Positions 23,396 through 34,769 of a DNA stretch of 64,000 nt are shown here, piece by piece. Origin of the DNA: Vitrella brassicaformis CCMP3155 (taxonomy: Eukaryota > Protista > Chromerida); assembly GCA_001179505.1 (NCBI GenBank), contig CDMY01000887.1, positions 1 through 64,000 of the forward strand, in the 5' to 3' direction. The notes beneath the pieces are model-generated. The model was not told the DNA's origin. It was given only the letters and a program-made list of their open reading frames with translations, and ran no database searches. The position numbers were made by a program, and so were the translations under genes. Numbering within the stretch: position 1 is the stretch's first letter; each line of letters begins with the position of its first letter.

Positions 23396-25228
23396 ATGGC
23401 GAGTAGCGGAGCAGGGGCACCGACGGTGAGTGAGCACCCACACAGCACGACACACGCATCCATTGGGTACGTCACCTGGGCGGCGTGTGTGTGTGTGTCA
23501 GTCGGACCCCAGTAGGTGTTGGTTGGTGGGCTTGCCCGAGGATGTGGAGAGGCAACTGCTGGCCTCCCTCACGGCCGACGACTGCGGCCCCCTTCGAGCC
23601 TCATCCAAGATCGTCGGCTGCCAGCTGATCAGCGAGGCCTACCTTACGGACCGCCTCGACGCTGCTATTCGCGACAAGGGCCTCAGTGGAGTGCTGACGT
23701 ACCAGAAGCGCTGCGAGACGGTCCTGCTGCTTCTGCTGCAGTGGATCGCGGCCATTTTCGGCGCGGCTTCCACTTTCGTTCAAGGCCTCGTGGGTCTGAG
23801 CGCTCTCATCGTCGTTTATGTGGTCATCCTCGCCTGTACCATCGTCGTGATCTGGAAGCCCTCTTGACTTTCTGACGCGGCCGCTGCGTGTATTACCGTG
23901 GATTCAGTTGAGCATCAAGCTGCTTACTGTCTTCGTGATCCCGTTTGCCGAGATTATGGTGGTCGTCCGATTGCTTGGGGAGGCGTCCCTCATTGTGCGA
24001 GCGTATAGGCAATGTTGGGTGGCGGTGCTCGAGGCAAACGACATTTTTGAGTCCGTCGAGCGCCGTGTCAGGAGTGGCCTACGTGTGGCGCTGGCGATCG
24101 GCAAGGTATACCTCAACTGTGCTGTGGCGCTTCTCGGCATCTCCAATATCTACACCGCCTGGTTCATCGCATGGCTGTGGTCCCCGACCGAGGAGTTTTC
24201 AGTGTAGCTGGGCGGGAAGAGATCTCTGGACGGGCTGCACGGCCGCGCACTACTCATCGATGTGGTCATCCCATGGCTGCTCTGCATCTTATTGTCGGCC
24301 TGCTTGGTCGTAGTGGGCCTTCAAATCTGGAGTGAGCTGACGCATGTGCTGCTGCGGATCATCGACGGCAGGGTGGGGTATCTGTTGCGAGTGCTGTACG
24401 TCATCGAGGAGGGCGGCTGCTGGGACCGGTGTGTGTCGCTCATCCACTACCTCAAGAACAGCAGCCGCCTCCTCCCCTCTCTGCCCATCATCATCACGGC
24501 ATACGACCTGCAGCAGGTGGGCAGCCGGGCGGTGTTCAGCTCGCGACCGCAGGCGGTCCGTCAGTACTCGCTATTTAGCCACCGTCTCTCTGTCGCCTTT
24601 GCCAACGGCCGGCGTGTGGGTCTCATCTCTGTCAACGGCCGAGACTATCTAGGCGGCTCAGCAGACAGCAATGCGCTGACGTACGTCAGCATCGATTTGA
24701 GTGATCCCGACCCGCCGACCAGACGTGAGCAGAGCAGCCGGGAGAGCGAACACACACATGGGAGGGATAGCGGAGAGAGGTGGATGTGTGAGTCGTTTGT
24801 TACCTGTCTGCTGTCTGTCTGTAGGTGGCAAGAACGTATTCTCTTCGTTCACGGACACCATCGCCTTCCTGGTCGATGTGTACAACGAGATGGACCCCCG
24901 GCTGCGCCCCCACTTCACCCACCCAAGTCGGCTCATCACTCCACCTCCCACCCAGTACCAGCTCACGGAGGACATCTTTCGGCACACAAGGGGCCAGTGG
25001 AACGGCTGCCGCAAAGCGGCCTACTGGTGGGTCGACAACGCAAATGTGCTGCGGCATTGGGGGATCTTCATTCTGTTTGGGGACAAGGCGGCTGACGAGT
25101 TTCTTGTCTGCATCGACTCGGACCTGTGGATCTGCTCAACAGAGCCCCCTGTGGCTTCGGGGCGCCGCCCAGATGAGCGGTACCCTCGCACAGCCGCACG
25201 CATCCGCGAGAAGGTGGTGGCCGCATAG
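23396..25228 (+). CDS. Family B F-box-like gene with a multi-TM insert; either pseudogene or needs two atypical introns
   Basis: MASSGAGAPT-SDPSRCWLVGLPEDVERQLL (F-box-like), hydrophobic insert, then YLLRVLYVIEEGGCW...LPIIITAYDL and ERYPRTAARIREKVVAA*. Frame change near 23860 and TAG at 24205-24207. Confidence 0.6.
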
Positions 25229-25282
25229 CGGGCGGCCGGCTGGCCGCCTCACAGAGAGAGAGAGAGAGGGGGGGGATGAGTG

Positions 25283-25545
25283 TGAGTGGGTGGATCCGTA
25301 TAGCTAGTGGTGAGACAAGGGAGTGCTGGTTTAAGTCTCTATTTGTTCATGAGATGGTGGGTGCACCCGGGCCACGTATGGCGTGTGTGTTTCGGGCTGC
25401 ATTTGTGCAGACAGACATTGCAGCGGGTGGTGGCTGGCCTTAGTTATCTGGATGCTCTACTTGAGTAGAGAGGGCGGGGAGGGGCGTGTGCATTTCTGTT
25501 GTGATGCTTGTTCGTTCGTGTGACTTCTTGTGGATCGATCAATTC
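25283..25545 (+). repeat. Direct repeat copy 1 (3' flank of the 23396-25228 gene)
   Basis: TGAGTGGGTGGATCCGTATAGCTAGTGGTGAGACAAGG... is near-identical to 27359-27635. Confidence 0.9.
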
Positions 25546-25574
25546 TTCCGGTCGCTCTAGCTAGCTGCACACGG

Positions 25575-27058
25575 TCACCGCATGGCCTTCCTTCTAGCTA
25601 AGCCCATCTGTCCACCAGATGCCGCTGTGTTCGATCGCGGTCGTGTGATTCTGACTGATTTATAGCTGCGTTGCTCCCGCTGACGTGGATATTCACTGCC
25701 TCCCTCTCCCCGTCAGTCAGTGTGTGTGTGTGTGCGTGTGGATGCGTCAGTAATGGCTGGCTTGTTGAGTGGGTGCACGGCATAATGGCGTCCATCCATT
25801 GGATTCACGTCGCTTGCGATCACGTCCATATAGCCATTCCGAAGCGCACAGCACACAACACAAACACAACACAAACACAAACAACACACAACACAACACA
25901 ACACTTACGGCCAAACCAGCAGCAGCCCACACACAACACAAATACGCGACAACAGCACACAATACAACCATGGAGACACAGCTTCGATCAACGCACGGGT
26001 GGGCGGGGGGCACCACGACCGAACAGCGGGTAGGCCTGTCGACACACACACACACAGAGAGGGAGAGGGACTTGTGTGTGCGGCATGAGAGACATGAACG
26101 AATCGATGGGCATACATCGTCACTCACTGACTGACCTGATGATGCATGAAGGTGGGCGTGTAGATGGGCACCGCCATGGGGGTCGGCGTGGGACAGATCA
26201 CTGTCCTGTTCACAGCCAGGGCGGGGCTGCCAGCTCCTGCTGGGGCAAGGTACCTGCACGCACAAAGACATCCCATACAGACAAAGGTGACACCTCCTGT
26301 TGGTGCTGATTGCCAGCTGGTGCGTTGCACACCTGTTCACTGGCAGTGGCCCGGGCTGGGGGGGCAGCCGTCTACCGTGGCCAGGTGCGCCTGTCGGTGG
26401 CACAGCGGGCAGAAGGCCTGCACCGGGCCTCACCTGCACGCACACAGAGAGACACAATGGGTCACACATGAGCGTCCTGTGGCCGCCCCGCGTCTCTTAC
26501 CACTGGCTTTGGATTCGTCATTCTGGGGCTGGCATGGTTGGTGGGGTGGACAAACGGCCGGCTTTGTGTGCCGGGGGGAGAAAACACCTGACGACTCGTA
26601 CCGAGTCGCGGCTGCACACACAGCACAGCAAATAGGTGGATGAGCCCATCCTCTATGAAAGCCATGCCGTGTTGGCTCTTACCGCTGCTTTGGGGGGCTG
26701 CGGCACCTCGGCGGTGGCTCGACGTCCTTGGGCGCCAGCCATCTCCTCCTCGTCGACCGTCAGCTGCCGAATGGCTGGGACCATGGCCTCCACGCCGCCG
26801 CCAAGATCATCTTGCTCAGCACTGTCCAGCACATCTGTTGTGATTGTTGTGGTCCCCCGCTGCGAGGAGCGGTTGGGGACCCGGGCGCTGGGCAGCACAC
26901 TGCTGACTTCCCGGTTGACAACTCTCTGTTGTGTATGCAGAGGCACACGTAAAGCCGTGATGCGTCTGTGTGTGTGTCTCACCTGCTGAATGGGATTGTT
27001 CCACATGTGGTGGTGGATGCTTGGTGGGGTGGGTGGCGTCTGCTTGGCAGCGATCGGC
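25575..27058 (-). pseudogene. Inverted duplicate of the 3' exons and flank of the kinesin-like gene (38935-40380), truncated by the gap
   Basis: MWNNPIQQ, RVVNREVSSVLPSAR, TVICPTPTPMAVPIYTPTFMHHQ exons and their introns are conserved in opposite orientation. There is a 1-nt deletion in the last exon. Confidence 0.85.
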
Positions 27059-27358
27059 NNNNNNNNNNNNNNNNNNNNNNNNNNNNNNNNNNNNNNNNNN
27101 NNNNNNNNNNNNNNNNNNNNNNNNNNNNNNNNNNNNNNNNNNNNNNNNNNNNNNNNNNNNNNNNNNNNNNNNNNNNNNNNNNNNNNNNNNNNNNNNNNNN
27201 NNNNNNNNNNNNNNNNNNNNNNNNNNNNNNNNNNNNNNNNNNNNNNNNNNNNNNNNNNNNNNNNNNNNNNNNNNNNNNNNNNNNNNNNNNNNNNNNNNNN
27301 NNNNNNNNNNNNNNNNNNNNNNNNNNNNNNNNNNNNNNNNNNNNNNNNNNNNNNNNNN
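27059..27358. other. Assembly gap (300 N)
   Basis: Run of N. Confidence 1.
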
Positions 27359-27635
27359 TGAGTGGGTGGATCCGTATAGCTAGTGGTGAGACAAGGGAGT
27401 GCTGGTTTAAGTCTCTATTTGTTCATGAGATGGTGGGTGTACCCGGGCCACGTATGGCGTGTGTGTTTCGGGCTGCATTTGTGCAGACAGACAGACAGAC
27501 AGACAGACATTGCAGGGGGTGGTCGCATTACTTATCTGGATGATCTCCTTGAGTAGAGAGGGCGGGGCTTAGGGGCGTGTGCATTTCTGATGTGTTCCTT
27601 GTTGGTTCGTGTGACTTCTTGTGGATCAATCGATT
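27359..27635 (+). repeat. Direct repeat copy 2 of 25283-25545
   Basis: Begins exactly at the gap edge. Near-identical for the first ~130 bp, then diverges with small indels. Confidence 0.9.
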
Positions 27636-27649
27636 GAATACATCGAGAT

Positions 27650-28310
27650 GAGAGAGAGTGTCTCGGCACAGTCTGCACAGCATCGCACACATCGGATGCA
27701 TTCTATGCAACACACCACGCACACAAGTCCGTCGATAAAGGAAGGGGTTCCACAGACTGGCTACAGACATGAATGAATACCTACACATCGATAGATGGGA
27801 CACTCCGCGATCGATGGCTCAAAGGCACCCGCCCCGCCACCCCCATGTGGCCAAAACAGACACTGTGCGCACGCCAGCAGCCCCCTTCCATGCCCACACA
27901 TGGACTGACTTGGACTGGATGGTGATGCGTTCATGTGGCGACTAAGCGCACTCTGTCTGTCTGTCTGTCTGTCTGTCTGTGTGTGGTCTGCCCGGCTCTA
28001 GAGCTCTCCGTGTGGTCTGTTTCCACCAGGTGGCTGGGTGGGTGGGTTGGCATGACGTGGCATGCCGCTGCGTGTGTGACGGACCATGTGCGTCAAACGA
28101 AGATGTCGACATGTGAGTGTCTCGGTATTGTCTGCACAGACGGCATCGCACACATGGACGCATGCCATGGAACACACCACACGCACGGAGTCCGTCGATG
28201 AACCAATGCATTCTGCTGGCTATAGACATGACCACCGACACATTGATAGAGAGAGTCCTCTGCGATGGCTTAAATGCACCCGCCACCCCCAGTGGTCTGA
28301 TAGAGACTGT
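27650..28310 (+). repeat. Diverged tandem pair of ~200-bp non-coding units (about 27650-27860 and 28100-28310)
   Basis: Shared colinear blocks gcatcgcacaca...caacacaccac...gtccgtcgat...ctggcta.agacatga...cgatggct.aaa.gcacccgcc. Confidence 0.65.
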
Positions 28311-28513
28311 GTGCACACCGACAGCCAAAAACGAGTCGCCGCCTTCCACACACACACATACATTAGATGAATGGATGCGCCGGCGGCGATGGAGCACTCG
28401 GCCATGCGACATGTCAATGCAGCGCAGACACCCTCGCTCTCACACACCCACGTGTTTGCCTGCCTGTCTGCCTCCCTCAACAGCCATCACGTCGGTCGTG
28501 AGTTCATCATCAC

Positions 28514-31043
28514 CTAGGCGACGGCACTCACCCACTGCCACCCAGCAGACGGCTGAACACACACAGAGAGAGAGAGAGGGGAAGGTGGACGCACCGTTCA
28601 TGGTGTGTGTATGTCTTCCTTCTCTTCCCCTGACCTGCAGTGCGTAGATCTTCAAATCGGCGAGTGTGAAGTAGAGGCTGGAGGCCAGCCTGGCTGTGCC
28701 CTTGTTGTTGATGGTCCCGATGTACTTCTTGGCTGCCGGCAGCTCATCCTTCATCACCCACACATGGCAGCTGCGAAGGTCACCTGCCGGGCGGCAATTG
28801 CCGATCCCCAGCCACAGGCGGCCATTGGCGATGCACACCTTGCCGCGTGGCTTACCGCCGGAGCCCGTCACCGCCCCCTGTGTGCCCGCCACCGCCACAC
28901 GCTGCTCGTCCTGTGGCAGGTCGATCTTGGTGATGCCATCGCCCTCAAACGCGCCGCACACCGAAAACAGCGACACAGCACAGGGGATCGTCGCCACTGC
29001 AGTGGGGTCAGCTGGCAGGGTGAGTCCGCCCTCGATGTGGGCGGCGATGATGGGGCCACTGGGGTCTTTGAGGAGCAGCAGGAGGTTGGTGGCGTCGCCC
29101 ACATTCTTGAACATGGCCTCATGCTCCCAGCCGTCACGCTCACCCCTGACAGACACAGACACACCAGGGCAGCAAAGGAGCGAAGGATATCATCCACGAA
29201 TCACCAGCAGCCTTCCTGTCATCGGCGGCTTACTTGTAGAGTAGTTGTGGGGTCGCATCCACCATGCCCGTCGCGTCGACGAGTGCTCGCAGGCAGGTCA
29301 TCCTCAGACAGGATGGGGTCGGCCGGCACAGAACTCCACACCTGCTCAGAGAGAGAGGACAAAGATCTCATGATGTCCACAGCCGCTTGTGTGCCCTCTG
29401 GCTAATGCCTGGCTGACTGACCTGGAAGACCTCCACACTCTGAGCGGAGAAGTTGTAGGTCTTGACGCCACAGAGGCTCGCCTCCTTGCTGGTGATGGTC
29501 TTGCCCACAAATTTCCAGCTCCTTCTTCTCCACCCACTGACGGCAGTTGAGAAGGTCGTCAGTCGGGCCGTACTCGCCATCCCCCAACCACAGGCGGCCG
29601 CCAGCGATGCACACCTTGCCCCAGGGCTTACCCTCCTCGTCCGTCACCCCCCCCTGTGTGCCCGCCACCCACACGGCCTGCTGGTCCTGTGGCAGGTCGA
29701 TCTTGGTGATGCCCTCCTCGAACGCACCACATACCGAAAACAGCGACACGGGGCACCGGAAGCGCAGCTGAGATGCTGGGTCGGCTAGCAGGTGCAGTTT
29801 GGTGTCGGCGAAGGCTGCGATGGTGTTGGTGTCGTCGCACTTGATGACGAAGAGGAGGCCGCGGCGCCCCACCACACGCTGCGCCAGACTCGCATACGAC
29901 GAACCGTGCAGCGAACTCCTGACGCACACGGACACGACACACAGATGCATAGAGAATGGCGCGATGCCCTTCGTTTGTCTGTTCTCACTTGTAGAGGCAG
30001 GTTGTGTTGGGTTGTTTCTTGCCGATCATGATGAGGAGGGTCTGCATGACGTCGTTGGCGAGGATGTTGGGGTACATGGCCTCGAGGACGCCGTACATCT
30101 CACTCACACGCACCAGCTCATCCTGGTTGGCACACGTGGGCGGCGGGACGACGGCGCCTTCGGGGGAGAGGCGACACCGACGAGCGAAGTCGACGATCCT
30201 GAACAAACCAACAGACGAATAGATGCGCTCTGTTGCTGCCTGTGGTGGTTGTCTGGGCGCTCACAGGTCGACGTGGTGCGCAGACACATCGACAATGGGA
30301 GTGGCGCCATACCTGCACACGTGACACAGAGAAGAAGGACATCCAATGATTACAGCGTCCCGATTTCCCCGTTTGTGCTTGCCTGTCTTCTCACTTGGTG
30401 AATCGGTCGTTGAGTGTGTCGAAGTCGGCCAGCGTGGCATCGGTGGTCGCCACTGTGCGGCCGTCCACAGTCACAGTGAGCACCTCCGCCCCTCCCCTGC
30501 CGCCCCGAACGGCCAACGACTTGATGAAGACGCCCATCTTGTCAATGAAGCTGCGGAATGCCGGTTGGCTCTCGCTGTCCTCAGTCGGTTTGTCGATGGC
30601 GATGGGCGACTCGGCGAAGAATATGTCGTGGTAGAAGGGGATGGGCTGCACGGCGTCGAAGATCTTGATCTCGTCGACCCAGCCATGCTTCAAACGGTAG
30701 AGCTTCTCACACAACCTGACACACACACAACCAACACACACACAGATGGACATGCAGCCAGCAGTGAGTCAATGAGTGAGTGTCATTGACTGCATGCTCC
30801 CATAGTCCCTCACCAGAGGAAGTATAGAGGGTCTGCGTCGATGAACAGAATACCGTCGGCATCTTGGAGCATCCAGTCGTCGAACCGGTGCAGCAGCACC
30901 GCCACACACGTGCCACGCAGCCCCTCGCGCAGCAGCACGCCACTCGGGAAGGCCATGGTAAAGCCGCCCACGTTGATATTCATCACGCCGCCGCTCATGC
31001 TGCCTCCTGCGTCCTCGCTGCTCGTCGACGAGGACACTTGCAT
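28514..31043 (-). pseudogene. BTB/POZ + two tandem TLDc-like domains, with two frameshifts
   Basis: VMNINVGGF...FIDADPLYF (KCTD-type BTB). TLDc-like LYKSSLHGSSY...LLFVIK and LYKGERDGW...LLLLK. Frameshift at ~29512-29520 (KKEL to KFVGKTI) and a 4-bp duplication GCAG/GCAG at 29289-29296. Confidence 0.75.
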
Positions 31044-31165
31044 GCGGTCACAGAAATCGATGAATCACGGAACGCTTTCGCGTGCTGGTGGTGTTGCCCA
31101 TGCAGAGGGCACCACAGGCGGCAGATCTTACGGAGAAACGGAAGGTAAGGCGGATCGCAACAGAA

Positions 31166-31194
31166 AGCCTAGGGTGCTCCCTGAAACCGCTGCT
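31166..31194 (+). promoter_or_regulatory. Candidate promoter motif, copy 2 (AGCCTAGGGTGCTCCCTGAAACCGCTGCT)
   Basis: 27/29 identical to 5908-5936. Lies in the 218-bp spacer between the BTB gene (-) and the FBPase-like gene (+). Confidence 0.45.
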
Positions 31195-31261
31195 ACCGCA
31201 GAGGTGAACTTGGAAGGAGATCTCGGCTGCAGCTTGAGGCAGCTCTCTCAGTCCGGCAGCA

Positions 31262-32987
31262 ATGGTGATATTGATGGAAAGAGAGTCGTCCTACATCCCC
31301 GAGTTGGGCGAGTTCGTGATAGCCCATCAGAGCGACATCCCGCCGGGCTCTGTGAACGAGATCAACAAGATCCTGACGACCATCAAGCTGGCCTCCAAGG
31401 TGGTGTCGCTGGAGATCAGCCGCTATGCATCCTTCTCCATCTCCGAGATCGAGGCCATGACAGATCTCGAGCAACTCGCACAAAACAAATTCATCGAGGG
31501 ATTCAGGAACAGGTGCGTACACAGGCAGCCAGGGGCATGGCAGGGCAGGGCTGGATGATGACTGCTATCGGTTTGCTTCATCTCGCCTTCGGTGCTGTGC
31601 TTTCTGTGTGCAGAGAGACTGTGGCCGGTGTGGCGACGGCGGGCATGGACGGCTTTCTGGATTTTGGAGGCGAGGCACGCAACCGGCAGTTTGTCGTCAA
31701 CATCCACCCCCTGGATGGATCATCAGGTGACAATGCAGACACACAGACAGATACACAGGCACACATGCACGGGCCCATCTGTGTGTTGGGCGTGTGTTGG
31801 TGTGTGGACATACTTGGACTGCAGGCAGTGAGTTCAACAACGTGGAGACCAATGTGTCCGTCGGTACTGTGTTCGCCATCTACAGAAGGTCTGTGTGTGT
31901 GTGACAGACGGACAGCAATGTGCGCTGGGTAAAAACGACGGGTACGTCTGTTTGTTTGTCAGAGTGTCGCCCATCGGCGGGCCAGTCGAGTTGCGTGACT
32001 TCCTGCAGCCTGGCAAGAACATCATCGCTGCCGGGTGAGTGGAGTGATTCCGGGACGATGTGAGAATATACTTCTGTGCGCCGTCTTTCTGTCTGTCTGT
32101 CTGTTTGTCTGTGTGTGTGGATGGCTCCTTCTTAGGTATGTGTTGTTTGGTTCATCTGTGCTGCTAATGTACTCGAGTGGCAGCGGTCTGCATGGCTTTA
32201 CCCTGGACACTTCCCTGGGCTCCTTCCTGCTGTCCCACCCCGACCAGAAGATGCCCACCGACGGAAAGATCTACTCAATCGACGGCGGCAGGCGAGCCAA
32301 GTTCCCTCAAGGCATCAAGGACTACATCACCTACTGCCAAGTGAGCCAGGACACAAAGGCTGATTGCTCCAGCACCCAGCGACGGACATGGTCACGTGCT
32401 CATTCGCTGTCTGCCTGTCTGTGTGTGCGTGTAGGACAACATCTTTTCGCTGCGCTACATCGGTTCGCTGATAGCCGACATCCATCGGAACCTGTTGAAG
32501 GGCGGCATCTTTCTCTACCCACCGACATTCAAAGACCCAAAGCCATCGGTCTCAATGGTCTTCCAGGTGGGTCAATCAATGCACCCACTCACTGCCGGCC
32601 GTGTGCTTGCTGCGTCATGACGTGTGTGTATCTATCTATGTCGGTCAGTGTGCTGCCATCGCCTACATCACCGAGCAGGCCGGCGGCAAGGTCAGTGAGT
32701 GGAAGCCAACACAATTGCTGTGCGCGTGATGCATGTGTGTGTGCAATGAATGCAATGCAATGCAGGCGTCTGATGGGCACACGAGACTGCTGGACCTGCA
32801 GCCCAAGACGCTCCACGACAGAGTGGTGTTCATCTGTGGCTCTAAGGTATGTCGATAACTGACCAGGCGAGATGGATGCACCCATCCATTGGCATGGCAG
32901 TGTCTCTGTGTGCTGCTGTGTGTATTGACGTAGGCAATGGTCGAGAAGGCGGAGGCCTTCTTCCAACAGTCACCCAAGTTCGGGTGA
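31262..32987 (+). CDS. FBP: Class I fructose-1,6-bisphosphatase-like protein (E. coli Fbp-like), probably catalytically inactive
   Basis: Spliced product aligns colinearly with E. coli Fbp: [74 protein letters not shown]. Ends QSPKFG*. Confidence 0.9.
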
Positions 32988-33512
32988 CTAACAAGATGGA
33001 GACTGCGTCCATGAAGGGATTGCATACGAATGAAAGGACGGATTGGCTATTTCTCCCACTTCATGCCATTGGTGCATTTTTCTCCCTCTGGTGTGCACTG
33101 CCCTGTGCGTGAGATTACGTGAGATTCATGGATAAGTGATCGACCTTCAATGTATTCTTTGAGAGAGACCAGAAGCACGTGACTCATCAGTAGGTGAGGC
33201 TGCCGCATTTTGTCAGATTATGTTATTAGCGGAGGACCACTGAAACACTGTCTGGATGCGACCCATTGAGAAAGGAAAGCCTTGTGCCGGTGGAGCACAA
33301 CGAGAGCAAAGTAGAGCAAACGAGTAAACGCGTCGAGATTTGGAGACGGCTATTCAGTGACTTTTTCGCTTCTCTCCATCCCAAATGATCACAATGCTTG
33401 TCCCTCGACCACAGTGACTTTCTGCCCACAGCCCGCTCGTGTCGGCAGCTGACGGGCTTGCCAGAGACCATCAAAGGGTGACTGACAGACCCTCCCGCAT
33501 GAAGGCCAGCCG

Positions 33513-34450
33513 ATGAAGCTCACAGCAGGGCTGGTCCACCCGGCCATCGCAATGTCCGACCCAAACGGTGCGTCAAAAATTCTATGCTCAATGTTCGCTT
33601 CCTGGCACCCTTCTCTCGTTGCTGTGTTCCTGCAAACCATTTGTGCATCTCGGTTGCAGTGGCAGACGGGCCGCCAGCCATCTGCTTTCGTAGAGATGTG
33701 CGTCACCACCAGCGACAGCAGCAGCGAGCTGGACCTGCCCGGATGGCCTACAAACCGCCGCCTCCCCCCACCGCCGAGCCATCTGCACCGAAGCCACCCA
33801 CCCGGCTCCTGGCAGGCTATTACGAGTATTTCTCGTGGGCTTTCGACGCGCTTTTTGCGCCAGGTGGCTCCACACGGGGAAGAGACGCAATCGAGATGGA
33901 ACACACAGGACCGACGGGCGTTTTGAGTGTGGTGTTCCAAGACGAAAGGGCGGGTTGACACGTCGAGCGGATGGCCGCACCGCTCATCCCAAGGGCGTTA
34001 CAGGGTGGAGAGAGTGGCGTTGTCATCTCGGTCGGAGGAATGGGATCAGGCAATACATTCACCCAATTCGGTATGCGGAGATGACGGAATCGAAACGGAA
34101 CGATTCCGGGGACCGATGGGTGATTCTGTATTTGCTTTTGCAGAGACGGAAAGGCGGGTTGATGAGACCTTCGAGCGACTGGCCGCACCTTTTCTCTTTC
34201 GGGCGCTTCGGCGTGCAGAATGGGTTCAGGGAAGACGACTACACAGTCCGGTACGTGGATCCCTGTCAGGACCGATGCGTGTTTTATGGTTGCTGTTGCA
34301 GACAACCAAGCGCGGGGGGAGCATGTCTCCGAGCGAGTAGCGGCACCGCTTCTTCTACGGGCATTGCACTGCGCAGAGAGCAGTGCTGTCCTCTCTACTA
34401 CAGAGATCGCTGGCGAAAGCGTTTGAGCTAGTCCACGATTTGCTGCCGAA
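33513..34450 (+). pseudogene. Degenerate tandem duplicate of the 5' part of the kinesin-like gene, with a triplicated P-loop exon
   Basis: MKLTAG start matches 34770. Intron-1 acceptor mutated (CTGCAG to CTGCAA). TGA in the first P-loop exon copy. GGMGSGNTFTQFG and MGSGKTTTQSG variants. Confidence 0.8.
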
Positions 34451-34769
34451 AGGGGCCGCATTTTCAAACATCGCTGCCTGCATTTTATATGCCGACAAGC
34501 CGTGTCTCTCTTAGCAAGCCGTGTCTTACTCAGACAGCCTTGCATGTAACTGAGTGAGCCTGCATGTTCAGTCGTCTGACTCCTGTCTGATTCTGACACG
34601 TGTCTCCCGGTTATGTGGTGACCTGTAGTGAACATGTCATTATGTGATGCCACTCATGAGTGCACGGCCTGTGGTGAACACGACGGATTGGAGGGAACAA
34701 GGATGAATCAGCAAGCGGCAAGGCATGCGGTTGGGGGCCGAGACTGAGCAAGGACGCCCCCCTACGAAG

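Noticed and set aside
26968-27543. ORFs running through N runs (also 51720-52891)
   Set aside because: Artefacts of translating assembly gaps.
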